64,000 nucleotides of DNA from Phoronis australis (GCA_002633005.1 NMRA01000111.1:338866-402865); one strand, 5' to 3'; numbered from the stretch's first letter, positions 29,401-44,400 are shown. Program-made: numbers and translations. The notes: a model not told the origin generated them from the letters alone.

Positions 29401-32400
29401 AGTCAAACAAGCAAATATAGTTCAAGACAAATTAAGGTAATAACAAGTTTTACTTCGCAAAGTAAAACTCACGTTCGTACTAAGTAACAAATGGAAAATT
29501 TTATTGATTCCTTTGTCGTTTTGTGTGTACTCTGGAAGCAAAATTTTGTTGATTTCTCAATGGGTTTATAGCTAGCTACACGTCCAAAACAACACCCACA
29601 ATGTTGGTAATGTCGGTTAAAACCCGCATAAAATTCTGGAACTGTGAAAAAAACTGTAATGTTGAACATCAAAATAGAATCCGCAATACATCCGATGAAC
29701 CAAGTGACGATGTGGATGAGATCCGTGATGGGAAATCTAGTGGGCCGTCGGTTCTTACATCTCAATCTAAGTGCTCAAAGAGAGAAGCTACCTGAATAGG
29801 TTTTCTAGAACTTTGCAAATACCAGGAACATATCCATGGGACTATTTTCAAAAGGAATTGATTTGATATTAACCCAGAAATTCTTTAATAATTTCGAATA
29901 ACTAGTATGAATGTCAAGATTTCGATGCATTCAAATTCTACCTCGCTTGTGTGAAAAACTTGTGTAATGTATATAAGTTATCAACAATTTTAAACTGCGT
30001 GTGGCTAACTTACTGGCTCCAGTACAGAATCCGCAGAATTTGGCGCAGTTGCGTCTTGCCCATGGCTCATAATCACCAGTACATGTAGATCTGCCGTAGG
30101 AATAGCAACGTCGGTTCAAGTCTTCACAGCCTGGTGTGAAAGAAATGGAAGCATTCGTTTAATTTCAGTTGCATTCCAACTTATTTGTCACAAGCACAGT
30201 ACATAAAATTCACGCGAGAAACTACTGTGAAAAGATCTCGAGCTGACTAGTAATGCCACTTTTGTCGTCATTGCCAACGTGGTCGCGACAATGTTAGCAC
30301 AGAATTTTGTCCTACTGCCTTATATCTCACGAAAGATGTACGCTAAGTAAAAATTGAAAATTTTTCAATAACAATGCCATCTTTTGTCCGGTTTAATCTT
30401 GAGGAGCTTTTAGGTGTAAGGTGTCCCGTTCGACAAAAACGCTGTCGACATTGGTCTAGTCCGCGTATGGATCTCGGCCGTCGGTCTCGGTTGATACGCG
30501 CATTAATGTCTCGTGGGATATTACTTCATGTACGCCACTCTCGGTACGTTTTGTGTATTTATTTATGATATAATTTTTTAATCTTTTCCTTCAGTTAAAC
30601 CACACACCATCCAGTGCCGATGAAGGGCTTTTAATGACATGACGCTCATGCAATTCCGTTGAAAAATGGTGGAGCTGCGAAAAGTTTTAGCGAAAACAAG
30701 AACCAACCCCGGAATGACGGAAGGCAAATTCCACGCATTCAAGTCGTAACCTCAACAGATCCAAGTTAGCGTTGAAGGGCTAGGAACAATTTCTGTATTT
30801 AACTAAGTTCAAAATACATCAATCCCGTTCCATGAAGTTTCCCAACACAAGAATTAAAATCGAAATACCGCGGGTCTGAGCTATGACTGAAAGTTAGCCT
30901 GTTACGTTAGTGGCTTAAGATAGCATTTTGGTTTAAATGATTCCACATTTACGAATGCCATTACCACCGAGGTACAAATTTCGCGGTTAAATTTCACAAG
31001 CTGTTGTCCATGAACAACGATACTTGAACACATGAAATGACATATCCATACACTGTCTCCGACCTTAAAATTCTACCACGCGCCACGTTGTTATGATTGT
31101 TGAACAATGCACCTGACGTTATTTAACAATCAAACTTATCCAGCGTATAAATTTTGAAGCTTTATGCTACTCAGCCCTGGTCTTAGCCTATCAGCAAATA
31201 ATAAGAACAGCTAATACTCTGTAGATAACGATATTCCTTAAAAGTTTCAACGTGCAAGCGTGACCTATGTTTTAGGCGAGTTACACGACAACTGTAGAGA
31301 TTTACCAACTAGCAAAATTTTAAAATTTTGCCATTTCCTATGTTTTTTCAGCAGTTTTTGTCCAAAAATAAGAAAATTGCCCGCGGGTGGAATTTTTGAT
31401 TTGACTTTTATCGAGAGCATTGTAATGTCAGTCTAAAATTGATTTTGGGATAACAATAATATGACACTTAGATGAAGCAGAAATTTTTTAGAACCGTTTA
31501 TGTTAATTAGTTTTCTCCTAATTAATGAACATAATCACAATTTTCCGTCCGCAACATTTTGGGTATAATATTTGGATTTAGAAAAAATCTGATAAGCATA
31601 TTTACACTAAACTTAAAAATCCGTTATAACTTCAAGATAGAAATAATATATCAAAGATAGAAAGTTAATGAATAGCCAATGTCTGAATTAAATTAGCACA
31701 AAATATCTCGTGGACGGAAAATTCTGTCGCCGATGGAATTTCTGCAAGTGCATGTACGTGCTTATCTACTTCATAACGTTTTTTCAGCTCATGTTTGACT
31801 GCAAAATGTACTATGTAAATGTAAATCATTTGACCCAACAAGCTAATACATGACAAAAACAATTGGCAAAATATAAAGACGAACCCTTTTCAAAACTACT
31901 TTAAGCAGGTTTGAAAGAAAACATTACGACGTGAAGTGTAGACATTTTTAATAATGTACTCTTACAATTACAAAACACGATGCCACCAAAATTAATTTTT
32001 CTGCTAAATGGACGACACGTTTGTCAGCTTTACTCAGTGTTACATACAGGTTTCATAGTAGGTTACGGATTATATAGGTCTTAGCGGCAGTTCAAATGAG
32101 CGAACAAGATTGTAGATTATTTTTGTTTTGTGATATCAGTGTTGGCAACGTTTTCTCATCAAGGATGACAAGCTTAAAAGCACAATGATGGCAAAAACAA
32201 ATCACAAAACAGAAAGATGAATCTATAGACATATTATTAATGACAGCCTCAAGCGGTTAAAACCCTTTTTTGACACCAGAAATGCAAGTACTGTTCATAA
32301 AAATATTGTTTTTATTTCTTACATACCACGGAAAGTAATTAACTGGAACGCAAATTACACCGCTCATAATTCGTAGCCTCTTCGAGCACCCCAGAAAAAA

Positions 32401-35400
32401 TCTCAACAACCAATCAGCGTAAAGTGGTTCATATGACATCATCGTGGCCACGAAATTACTCGGAAGCCACACTGCGTAACAGATGAGTGCCTTTTCTTGG
32501 ACGTTCTGTACTTGTCTATCTCTGGGTTAAAATGCCTCGGTGCGTGGTGTGAGGGTGTAGCAATGTCAGCGGCAATGGCATACATTTGCACAACTTCTCC
32601 ACCAATCCCGTCGTGTGCCGTGCGTGGAATAGATTCGTGACGACGACAAGGACTGGCGGCAAAGATTCCCGATCGGCAACTGTTTTAGGCTAGGCGCAAA
32701 GCTGTATACAAAATCTATAGCTTCGCGCCGATGTGAATAAAAATGACTCAATAAAATCTGACTCAGAAGTAGTGTCATTAAAAGCTGCACCGCTCTTTGA
32801 GTAAACCAAATTATTCACCGTGTTGGAAGAATTATCGTTCAACCGCTCATCTACTGCTAAAATTGAAGTGCGCTCTTGTGAGTCGGCTTTTAGCGATTAC
32901 GTCACCTGACGTGAACGGCCGGTTTATTCTTCTATCAACTGTGATCTTTGCTGCAACGAGGTTGCGCACAGTCACAACAAATTGTCTGATTGGTTTCATT
33001 TCGTTACAAGTGATTAAAATTTTTAAGACAAGCAAACCGAATTTAGCAGAAACTTTACTGCTGCAAACCTGCGTCATGTCCCAAAAGAAGTCGCAAAGTT
33101 TTAGTACGGCGCTTGCGCGTGTCACGCGCGTACTGTTTTCAAAACGACGACAGACTTTCTTCGTTACAAAACTCAAAAAGCGGAGAGTAATGCTAGAAAA
33201 ACGACGTTTATTAGATTGGTCTTCACTTAAACGAATGGTAACGGGCAAGGTCACTAGGTGAGTGTCCGAATTGTCTCCCAGATTTTGCATGCAACCCGGC
33301 CGTCGGCTCTGCGATATGTTTCACGACGAGGTGACTAACACAACTCATACCCGGCCTGTATGACATTTCGTGGTTTAACAGAGCCCAATTCACAGTGTTA
33401 CTTAGCTGTATTTTGGGGATAGTCTTCTAACAGCTAGCTGGCTGGCTACAAAAAATCTGCAGTGTGCACTTCGACGTTTCGTGTTACTGTTCCGGCCCAG
33501 TGTATAGGGAATCCGGCCCAAATCCGGAATATTCGGTCTGATTTTGGTCGATCCCGTAGGCCTAACGGAATTCTGATACTGAATTTAAAACATTCAATTG
33601 ATTACGAATTCTTATAATTGGGTCTGTTTCCATGCAATCCAAACTTTATATCGTAGTTTTAATTGATTACAGACAATCACAATGTTGTATTGCTATTAAA
33701 TTTTCATTTTTTTAGTTTGACCGAGTCAAAATGGCGGCGATTACGGGTTGCAGCAGTTCAAGTTCACTTATTTTGAAAATTGAGTTTCTAATACAAAATT
33801 TTCAATAAATTAGTATGTAATTGCTTTATACGAAAAGATCAAGCTGATATGTGTTGTAACGTTTCCAAGTATTTTGCATCAAATTAAACGGCCTATATTC
33901 GCCTATACCAATACGGCACAGACTCTCGCCCGTATTGGAATCGCGCAGCATTCACACCTTCGGCTTCAAAAAGACATGAATGCAAAAATCCTGACATCAA
34001 AAATTTTGTATCAAGCAAATTACACTTTATAATAAACTTTCTAAAATTGCTGAGAACAATTCAGACGAAGCGTTTTGTTTTTCCGGCTGTTTCGGTGGCC
34101 CCAGACACACTCCCGGAGATTCCCATACGGGCCCGTAGGCCTATTAGAATGTGTGCTAAATAATTGAATAAAAAGTTCTAAAGGCAATGATTTTGATTAA
34201 TTTTAATATTAACTGACATAAAATGAAAAATTAATGTGTTTCCTTGATTTGCCACGTATTTTACACTAAATCAGACGACCAATCACAGCTGATTCCAATA
34301 CTGTGGAGAAACGGTGAAAGACGAATTCGTTGTAACGATGATGTCATAGACTTCGTTTAGTGCAAGCGCCATCTCAAGTTTTTTTTGGCGCTAATTGGGG
34401 TTCGTGATGGGCTACTGCATTGTCGAAGGCCTACTTAATTAACGACTGGGGTATGCTATGACACAGTATTTTGATGTTTTTCATCAATAGACGTATTTTA
34501 GATGTAAAATAGCCATTTTGGCACCATGCTAGGCCTTTAAAATGTCCATGGATGAAACCTTCTCAAAACTTCACCAACTATGTCAAGCAGGTTTGAACGA
34601 AAACATTCAGATGTGAAGATTGAACATCTTAAAATAAAAAAGTGTTCTCAGAATTAAAAAAAACAAGGCTCAATAGATGACACGCAACATTTTAGTGGTA
34701 TGTTACAATAGATTGTGTAGGAAAAAGTAAAAAAGTTCACAGTTCTCAGCATTTTTAGATTTCAGTAAGGTGAGCGGAGACAGAACATGTTCTGAATATG
34801 TTTATTGTTGAAAAATATCATTGCATTAAATGGTATGCAAAAGAGTTATATCAGCTCACTTTAAAGGACAATGTGGCACTCAGTAAATTATTTTCGGACA
34901 TATGTTTAGTCAAGGCCCAATTATAACCTACGGTTTTGTATCAGCTTGAATATACTTTTGGTATTTAAAATTTCTGACACTCACAAACAGAAACATTACG
35001 AGTTGGCAACGGCACAAAATGATGGAAGGAGGGTGTAAGATATTTTACGTCTGTTAGCTCAGGGAGCCTGACGACCACGTGTTTGTTCATAACTGTTTGT
35101 AGGCTGAATGAGATTTGCATATCACCTGGCTCACATTTGTGTATGAACTTTTATGTTTGCTGGCTTGTTTTCTGCCCACGTAGGTGGGCAGTTTACATTT
35201 GGCTTGACAGTGGAGAGGATGAGAGCTGTCATATTGAGATAATTTCAATTCCTGTTATGGTAATTTCGTATTTGGTATTTTTGTAATTGCATTTTGGTCT
35301 ATTGTGAGTTTTGTTTCTATGTTATTTTATTTTTGTAGAATGGAAACAGAGAAGACTTGTAAGAACACAACTGTGAAATGTTTGGAGTATCTTAATAAAG

Positions 35401-38400
35401 CATTATTAAAGCCATGTCTACTTGTCTCGCCGACACTGACAGAGGGTGTTGGTGAGCTTACTAGGCAGTGGACCAAATCTCATAGCATTCAGTCCCGTGA
35501 GTACTTTGGGGTGGAAGGGTAACCTAAATTTTCTATGTAACTAGAAAATACGCATAAAATTAAAAGTCCAAAATATTCCCGCATCTACAAAGATTGCATA
35601 TTTTCTAAATGGTGTTTTTGTTTTAAGATATGTTTTCCACGTTCCTGCCACTTGGTGGCGCTTTTTTATTGAATTGACCAATCAGACAGCCAGATTATAT
35701 TGCAGTGCTTAGTAACTTTAATATGGCAGCTCTGATAGGTGATTCAAGATTTATCAAACAACATTAAATTGTGATAACCAGAGCTTGAAGAAGCTCAGAG
35801 AAGCATTCCGACGAAAGCTCATGGACTATGCAAATCTGTGGAGATGGAAAAGAAGAGGTGTCACAAAAGTTTGTGCAGGAAAACAGCTTCTTTGCCCAAC
35901 TGGCTTATGACAAAACATTTCCTGCTGTACTACTCCACTGCTTTAGAAGACTACGCGTCAGAACAAATATTGAAAAGGCATAGAAACGCATAGCAACGTT
36001 TCAAGATACCAGCAGTAGTAGCAAAGCTGAAGATCTTCTAATGAGATCAATTAGGCTTCCAAAATCTTAAACACCGAATTCTGACACATGAGTGCATCTT
36101 TTGCGACAATGGAAAGAGTATTACGGACCATAGTTCAAGACAGAGAAAGAAGTAACAGCTTTCTTGCTTTGAAAAACAGGTATGTGTTTTTGAAAGGCAC
36201 ATCATAGTAGTGCCCTCCAATTGTATTCAGTATTTATCCCCAGCTGTCTTTTATCTTGTTCAGCACCTAGGCTGCCCAGGCCTTAGACAATACGGCTGTC
36301 TTGAGTGGCCTAGTAGAGATGGTCTCCATACCATAGGTCCCCCATAAGCCTGATGCTGATTATGCATCACACTCATTAAACGATCAAAGTAATGTTTAGA
36401 GTTAAATTTTGCGCAAAGAGGGATGATTAAGGAGGCCGTTAATATTTTTTTTGTTTCCAGTTTAAACAAATACCCCTGCAGTCCATTTTTTCGAACAGTC
36501 CTTCGTTCAGTTGCTTGCGCCAGGTGATAACCAACCATCCATTTTGTCAAACGTTGATTACCTTAAATGAAAATCGACTGGCTATGCTGACCAACTAGTT
36601 CTATATATTATGCTAATGTGTACTGCCTGGAAAAAGATAGTTGCTCAAATCTATCAGAAAATTCATTTCAATGTCATACCAATTTTAAAAAGAGGACTTT
36701 AAGTAGCCATAATTCCGTCAGCGACACCAACGCGTTATTGGTATTTGACCCTATATCTTAATCATTACACAGCGAGCTTTGGTTAAATAAAGGAGTGTAG
36801 AATAATAGTTAACTTGTGATTTCGCTGGTACCGCTACTACTAGCGTCATCAAGTGGTGAATAAGCAACGGTTAAGTAGGAAGCGCGAGAACAACGGCGAA
36901 AAGCGCATTTTGCAGTGCGACGAATTGCACTAATTCATCCACGAAAACCCCAGACGTGTCATTTTTACGTTACCTAAATATCCAGAAAGGTAAGGATTAT
37001 TTGTTATTTAAAAATGTGACCCATTGTATGTCATTTTCTGTGTTCTGTTCACGGTCGGAAGACAAGTCGATTGCATTCCCGGTGCCGCTGTCTGCAGTGT
37101 AGGCTGATGTACAGGCTACGCTCTACCTTCTGCAGATACTTTGTTGTCAATGTATGTCTACTAAAATTATATGTGAGGGAGCCTCAGAATGGAATAAATT
37201 GTTGTGGTATGATGAATTACCTTGCTTTCTTCTTCTTACTTGCGTTACAGCTACTACAAAAACCCGTTTGTCTGCACCGGTAACAGCCTGTCGTATTCAA
37301 TAGGTAACGCATTAAAACGTGTTGGGTAGACATGAAACGAGCAGTGAGCTGGGAGCTCTTTGTAATGGAAAGTTGTAAAACATACGGGATGGTACTGGGG
37401 CATGATGACCACCAGTCTTTGCAAGCATGCACAAAACGAGGGCTAAATCGTTTTACCACCTCAGTACATGTGGTCAATTGTCAAGGGAACAACCAAAATT
37501 TGTGACGATGGCCGGAGCTCAGCACCATGTAGCACTTCTCCCATGTACCCCATGGGGTAACACCACCCAGAACCCTCAAGAGCAGTCACTAGAATTATGT
37601 TGTCCATGGAGATATGAAATGTTATAAAGAATTAGCCTTATTAAGAACTCTAACATGAAACAAAACTGCGATGCCTTTTGGAGAGAGCTTCAAGAGAATG
37701 AAAGCAAATGCACTTTAATATTGATTAAAATAAATTTCATTCTCATTCGAGGATGTTTACTTTGATGTTTTACCCATTTTCAAGACCACAGTAATTTTAT
37801 TGAACGTCGAACGTCAAAAAGCAGCGGTATGAATTGATCAGTGTTGACATGGTTTGGACTGCGCCGCTAAATTAGTGTTGCTTATTCGCCGCTTGGGGCG
37901 CTAGTTTTTCAACCGATAACAATTGCGGCGAATGGCGAGATGGCGGAGTGAACTCTTCCACTCTATGTACACTCCTTGCTTAAATCCTGCTTTCATCACT
38001 AACGCAGGGTACATTAATTGTTTGAATTTGCAATGGGTGGCAAAGGAACAGTTCCTATGCTCACACGTAAACACCGGACTTAATTTCTATCTAAGTTGAG
38101 ATCCAAGACCATAAACAGACTTGGTGTACTTGAAATGGTGTTTTCTAAATCTTCGTCTACCGTTTTAACTTGGCTCGATTTTCGTGAAACATTCACCATG
38201 TGTTTCAGGCACTGAGCCCTGCTGAGCAGCTCATGCACTTACTGTACGTGTGGGGCGTGTATTAGACCACCAGCACTAGTTTTGAAGAATATAATAACAC
38301 CAGTATTTCCTAAATTTGGATAGCACACAGTTTGACTTACCTTCAGGTGTGGCTGAAAAAACAACATAATTAATGAATTAGAGTTTCCCGAATATAACAA

Positions 38401-41400
38401 ACATAAAGACAGGTCTCGGAGATTAACAACCGCTTGTTTTGTCCCTAACATTTACTCGAGGGAGTTGCTTGTTAAAATAGAAACCGTATCGTGTCCGGAG
38501 AAATATCGGAGGATTCGAAGTGCTACGATGAACTACCAGTGTTCGACATCATCGCAGGTTGCTCGAGATTGCCAGTACAAAGTCAGACCTTACCTCGTAA
38601 TCGTGAGGAAATTTCGGAACATTGCGAATAGTAAGGCAACGAATCAAGAAATGCTCTATTTAGACAGTAATAACCTACGAGATTCTCGGTAACTTGTGCA
38701 AATATATAAAGGCTATCAACCCATTCAATCTTTATCTTAAACCTGTGACAAATTACAATTACTTAAACATTTTTATACAACTTTCAATGACGCGCGCACG
38801 AACTTACTGCCCGTAGTACAATATACGCAGGATAGGGCGCAGTTTCCCCTGGCCCATGACGCGTAGTCACCAAAGCAGGAACTTCTGTCATGCATGTAGG
38901 GAGAGCAGTCTATCTTGTCTTCACATATTGCTTTGAAACAAACGGGAACGTCAGTGTTACAGCATGGCTTCATTCCTACTGACTTGGAGCGAGAAGAGTA
39001 CAAATTAACATTCGTGAAATTGTTGTGGTAGGCTTTTGTGCAAACCAAATTTAAATGAATATGCATTAGCTCAGTTTCATTTTAAAATCGTCTCTAAGTA
39101 AAAAAAAAGCCAATTTAGGACCTGGCACCATCGTTTCCATTCACAAAGAACCCACTGATTCAGTCTTGCGTGATATCCTTCATTGGACAACCGATGATAG
39201 TCTTCGAAATTGATTACTACAATTAACAATACTCTGTAAGACGTAGGGGAGCTTCTTGCCGGACTGGGGCAAACGTCTTACGATAATGCCTTTAATAAAA
39301 AGCACTCGAGAGAATGACAGTGAAACTTCGAATTTCACGACGCAATGGCGACTGATCGAGTAGAGTTTTGAGTGAAACACTACGCAAAAATGTTTAAGAG
39401 CCGTATCGTGTTATAGAGACTAGATTCGCCCCCCACCTGTTCACATGAAAGAGTGGTGACAGTGAAAGGCGTTCGCTCTAAAGTTTGTGTCTTAACTATT
39501 TAAATAATAACTCTCCTCTGGTCAAATTATGAAAATGACCATAATTTGTCATACCTTCAGTTGTGGCCACAGTAGAGGCTGAAACATGTCAATATAAGTT
39601 AAGCACCATAATGCAAAGTACATATGAAACATAAAGGAAACTCTTTGATATGAACAATCTGTCTAAAAACAACTTTTGTTTCACCTTGAGACTTAAATGT
39701 CGTAGGGTAGTCATGGCAAGTTGTTTTCTTGTCTTCACATACTGTTTTGAAACGAATGGAAGAATTAACTTTGCAGTACGGTTTTAAAGCATTTTACTTG
39801 CTACGAGCAAAGTACACCCAATGTTCGGGAAATGTAATGACAGGATCCCGCTCTTGTGAAAATCGAGGGAACATGTCATTTCTCTGTATTCTTTTACAAT
39901 GATTTCCCATCATATATTAGGTCACTTTGGAACCTCGCACCAACCCTTCAGTCAAATAGAACGACTATATATAATTCTCACAGTTCTTATCCCCGTCAAT
40001 GCATGGTTTGAAGTCGTTTTCAAAATAAACTTGTTTGGAATTAACAAGACTCTGACAGACTGGACAAACGTCTACCGAGAATGCCTGTGAAAAGACGACC
40101 TCTGACAGTGATCTGATTGATCGCAGCGAGTTATGAGTGAAACGGTGTGGGAAAGGGTTAATAAAGGAACCCTTACGTGTTATACCGACTAGACTGGTTT
40201 ACATGATGCAGTGGTGACATTATAATCCTTTGCTTTAATGAAAGTATCTCAAATATGCAAAATAATTACCTGCACCTGCTTACGTTATCAAGATGAGACG
40301 TAATTTGACATACCTTCAGTTGTAGTTGCAAGCGGAGTTGTGGCTGAAACAGGGAATGTAGATTAAACATTAGAGTGCACCGTATATATGAAGCGTAAAG
40401 GAATGTCTTGGAGATTAAGAACTGTTAGTACTTAATTTAGAATCAAAAAGCGTTTACTGTATGTAGGCCTTGGTCTCGTAATACATTTCGCATTGCAAGT
40501 GTGCAATGACAATTTCAGTTCTTAGCACAGTTGAACTTGAACTACATGGCGCCAGGCTTTTTAGTTCACAAAGAGCATGGCTCTGAATTTATCTAACTAC
40601 TCTGGCATCGTCTGCCATAATCGTCAGCAAAAGTTTCGGAGCACATCACCACGGAAAGGGCAGTGGCACATCACATGAATCTCGTTTTCAGTTTGACCAG
40701 TAATGCATGTTCCTCACATTCTCTCATCCTCGGTTAAAGCTGCGTGCAGATCAAGGCCTTGCAGCACGAAATTTAATCTTTGTTAATTATTGAAGTACGT
40801 GAACCTTCCTCAGGTCAGGTACTCTCCTTTTTGTTTGTCATTACAAAACTAGACTCCACTTTTCGCACTATTTTGAACATGAAACTTTTAAACCAAGTGG
40901 TTGGGTATTCTAAGTTCAGGTTGACCAAGCAACTCTCGCTCCTGCTCTTTTCAGGGGCGGATCCAGGTTTTTGAGTTACGGGAGGGCAGAACAGAATGTC
41001 AGCCAGGATTCTGCCAGTCAAACATTCGCGTCCCCGAAATGGAAAATGGAATCCGGGAGAATTATAGGGGGGATTCATCACTTGCCCCTGCCACTGCTTA
41101 TTACGTTTGGTGTGGACCAGTATGTTTTTGTTATTTGTAAATAAATGGGTTGTTTGACATATAAGAAGGTTCTCAGATTCAATGACCGATTACTAATCCG
41201 TTTGCTGTCTCGTTTTGTGGATGTCACCCTCATGGCACTTTTAAATATAAACTTAAATTAACCCACTGCCTATTTCGCTTGATTTCCCTGCTGCTGACAT
41301 CTTACAGTAGAATCCGGTTCATAGTTCAACTTCCAAACAAGTTTCGCATAATTGTATAACTTTAGGATCAATTAAGAGGGTCTGTTACAGCAGAATGCCA

Positions 41401-44400
41401 GCTATATATACCGTTCCTCGTTAGAGTAGGATAATAAACAGTATTTTTGAGCTATTGAGGAGTCAAAAATGTTTGTAGCAGTGTAGCATACTTGGTGAAA
41501 AATACCCCAGTAAAATGTAGCTAGCACGGTGTGTTGTCAGTTTGGTAGAATGGTAAATATTTTAACTTACACTCAGTTGTGGTAGTGAGAGGGATTGTAG
41601 CTGAAACATGAGAACATCAAACCAATAAAGCTGGAAATGCCTTAGAGTTTAACAATTGTTTAATATAAAAACCTCTATTTCATTGTTTCATATCAAAATA
41701 GAAACTGCGACGCGTCTGTTGGAATAAAAGACGATTCGAAGTGCCCCGATCAAGTGTGCAAGGCCTTTTTAGCAGGTATCACGTGAGTTTTTGAGATAAC
41801 TCGGACTTTACGACGCAATTTCTAGTTTGCGAAGACTTGTGCTACGTGTGTGAGTTCCTGGAGTAATGCGATTAATAGACATCCTATTATAAAAAATTAA
41901 GAAGAATTAAATTCATGAAGTCTGATTGAAAACATTAAAAAGTCTCAGGTTTCTCAGTGAAATTTTCAAATATTTTGGGGGTAATCTGTCACTCATTTCA
42001 ACAAGGTCATTTAATAAGAGTTTTCTACAAGGGGCTTTACTAGGCACTCAACACCAAGGGTCATTTCTGTCCTCCTCAAGGGCAATAAACCAAAAGAAAA
42101 TTTGAGCAACTGGAGACCTCTGCTTACTCAATGAAATAAAAAAAATGTCGGGCTATACTGCTCAACGTTTTAAGAGTGTAGTAGACTTTTTCTTTACATG
42201 AAGATTTCACAATTTACTCTAAAACGTTGTTAGGGATTTTCGATTACTCATTTACGTTTAATTGTATGCCAAATTAACTAAAAAAGTAATGTATTTATAT
42301 AATATAACAGAGCCGTATCGTGTTATCAGGACTAGATTCGTCCCCCACCTGTTCACATGACAGAGTGGTGACAGTGAAAGGCTTTCGCACTAAAGTGTGC
42401 TTCTTAACTATTGAAATAATAACCCTCCTCTGGTCAAATTATGAAAATGACCACAATTTGTCTTACCTTCAGTTGTGGCCACAGTAGTGTCTGAAACATG
42501 TCAATATAAGTTAAGCACTAGAATGCAAAGTACATATGAAACATAAAGGAAACTCTTTGATATGAACGATCTGTCTAAAACAACTTTTGTTTCACCTTGA
42601 GACTTAAATGTCGTAGGGTATACATGGAAGTTGTTTTCTTGTCTTCACATGCTGTTTTGAAACGAATGGAAGAATTAACTTTGCAGTACGGTTTCAGAGC
42701 ATTTTACTTGCTACGAGCAAAGTACACCCAATGTTCGGGAAATGTTATGCGAAAATCGAGGAAACATGTCTCATTTCTCTGTATTCTTTCACAATGATTT
42801 CCCATCATATACTAAGCCACTTTGGGACCTCGCACCAACCCTTCAATCAACTAGAACGACTACATATAATTCTCACAGTTCTGATCCCCGTCATTGCATG
42901 GCTTGGAGTCGTTTACAAAATAAACTAGATTGGAATTAACAAGAATCTGACAGACTGGGACAAACGTCTCCCGAGAATGTCTGTGAAAAGACCACCTGTG
43001 ACAGTGATCGGATTGATCGTTATGAGTGAAACGGTGTGGAAAAAGGGTTAAGCCAGGAACCCTTACGTGTTATACCGACTAGACTGGTCATCTACGTGTT
43101 TACATGATGCAGTGATGACATTATAGTCCTTACCTTTAATGAAGGTATCTCAAATATGCAAAATAATAACCTGCACCTGCTCACGTTATCAAGATGAGAC
43201 GTAATTTGACCTACCTTCAGTTGTAGTCGCAAGCGGAGTTGTGGCTGAAACAGGGAATATAGATTATACATTAGAGTGCACCGTATATATGGAGCGTAAA
43301 GGAATGTCTTGGAGATTAAGAACTGTAGTTAAATTAGAATCAAAAACGTTTACCGTATGTAGGCCTTGGTCTCGTAATACATTTCGCATTGCAAGTGTGC
43401 AATAACAATTTCAGTTCTTAGCACAGTTGACCTTGAAATACATGGCGCAAGGCTTTTTAGTTCACAAAGAGCATGGCTCTGAATTTATCTAACTACTCTG
43501 GCATCGTCTGCCATAATCGTCGGCAAAAGTTTCTGGCCACATCACCACGGACAGAGCAGTGACACATCACATTAATCTCGTTTTCAGTTTGACCAGTAAT
43601 TCCTTTTCATCACATTCTCTCATCCTCGGTTAGACCTGCGTGCAGATCAACTCCACTTTTCGCATTACTTTCAACATGAAACCTTTAAACCACGTGGTTG
43701 GGTATTCTAAGTTCAGGGTGACCAAGCACCTCTCCAGGATTTTGTGTTACCGGAAGGCAGAACAGAGTATTAGCCTGGGTTCTGCCATTCAGACATCCGT
43801 ACCCCCGAAACGGAAAATGGAATGGAATGTGGGAGAATTATAGGGGGGTTGCTTATTACGTTTGTTGTGGACCAGTATGTTTTTGTTATTTGTAAATAAA
43901 TGAATTTTTTTACTTTCCGGAAGGTTCCCAGATTCAATGAGCCATTACTATTCATTTTGCTGTCTCGTTTTGTGGATGTTGTCACCCTCATAGTACAGTA
44001 TGTTGTAGATTACCAACTGTCTGTTACACAAACCTTTATTTCATGGTGAGAGTTGTATTTCAAAATAGAAATCGCTGCAGACTTACCTTTAGTTATCGTC
44101 ACACGAGGAGGTTTGGCTGAAACGCAACACTATTAGTTAAGTATTAAAGAATTTACTAAAGGTGATATATGAGGCATTGTACTGAGGAGAAAAAGCATTA
44201 CTTGAACTGCTAGAACGGTTAAGTCTCTCCCCAAACACAAGACAGCACAATTATTCTGTGTTTGAAAGAAAAAAAATATTTAACCAAGTTACCAACAGAA
44301 ACATTGAATTACCTCTAAGATGGTATAACCCACGGCAGTACAAAGGAAAAAATACTGCAGAGTTGGATATAGCACCTGTGTTACCTGATCCAAACCTTTT

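Larger units (their letters stand above)
32415..44172 (+). repeat. Segmental duplication copy B (paralog of 1-~20170 minus two TE insertions)
   Basis: Window position 1 aligns to 32415; collinear, high identity by eye. Confidence 0.95.

Noticed and set aside
32797-33290. Overlapping 154/147-aa ORFs (and paralog at 515-874)
   Set aside because: Frame is not conserved between the duplicate copies and there are no recognisable motifs; chance ORFs in an unclassified repeat.
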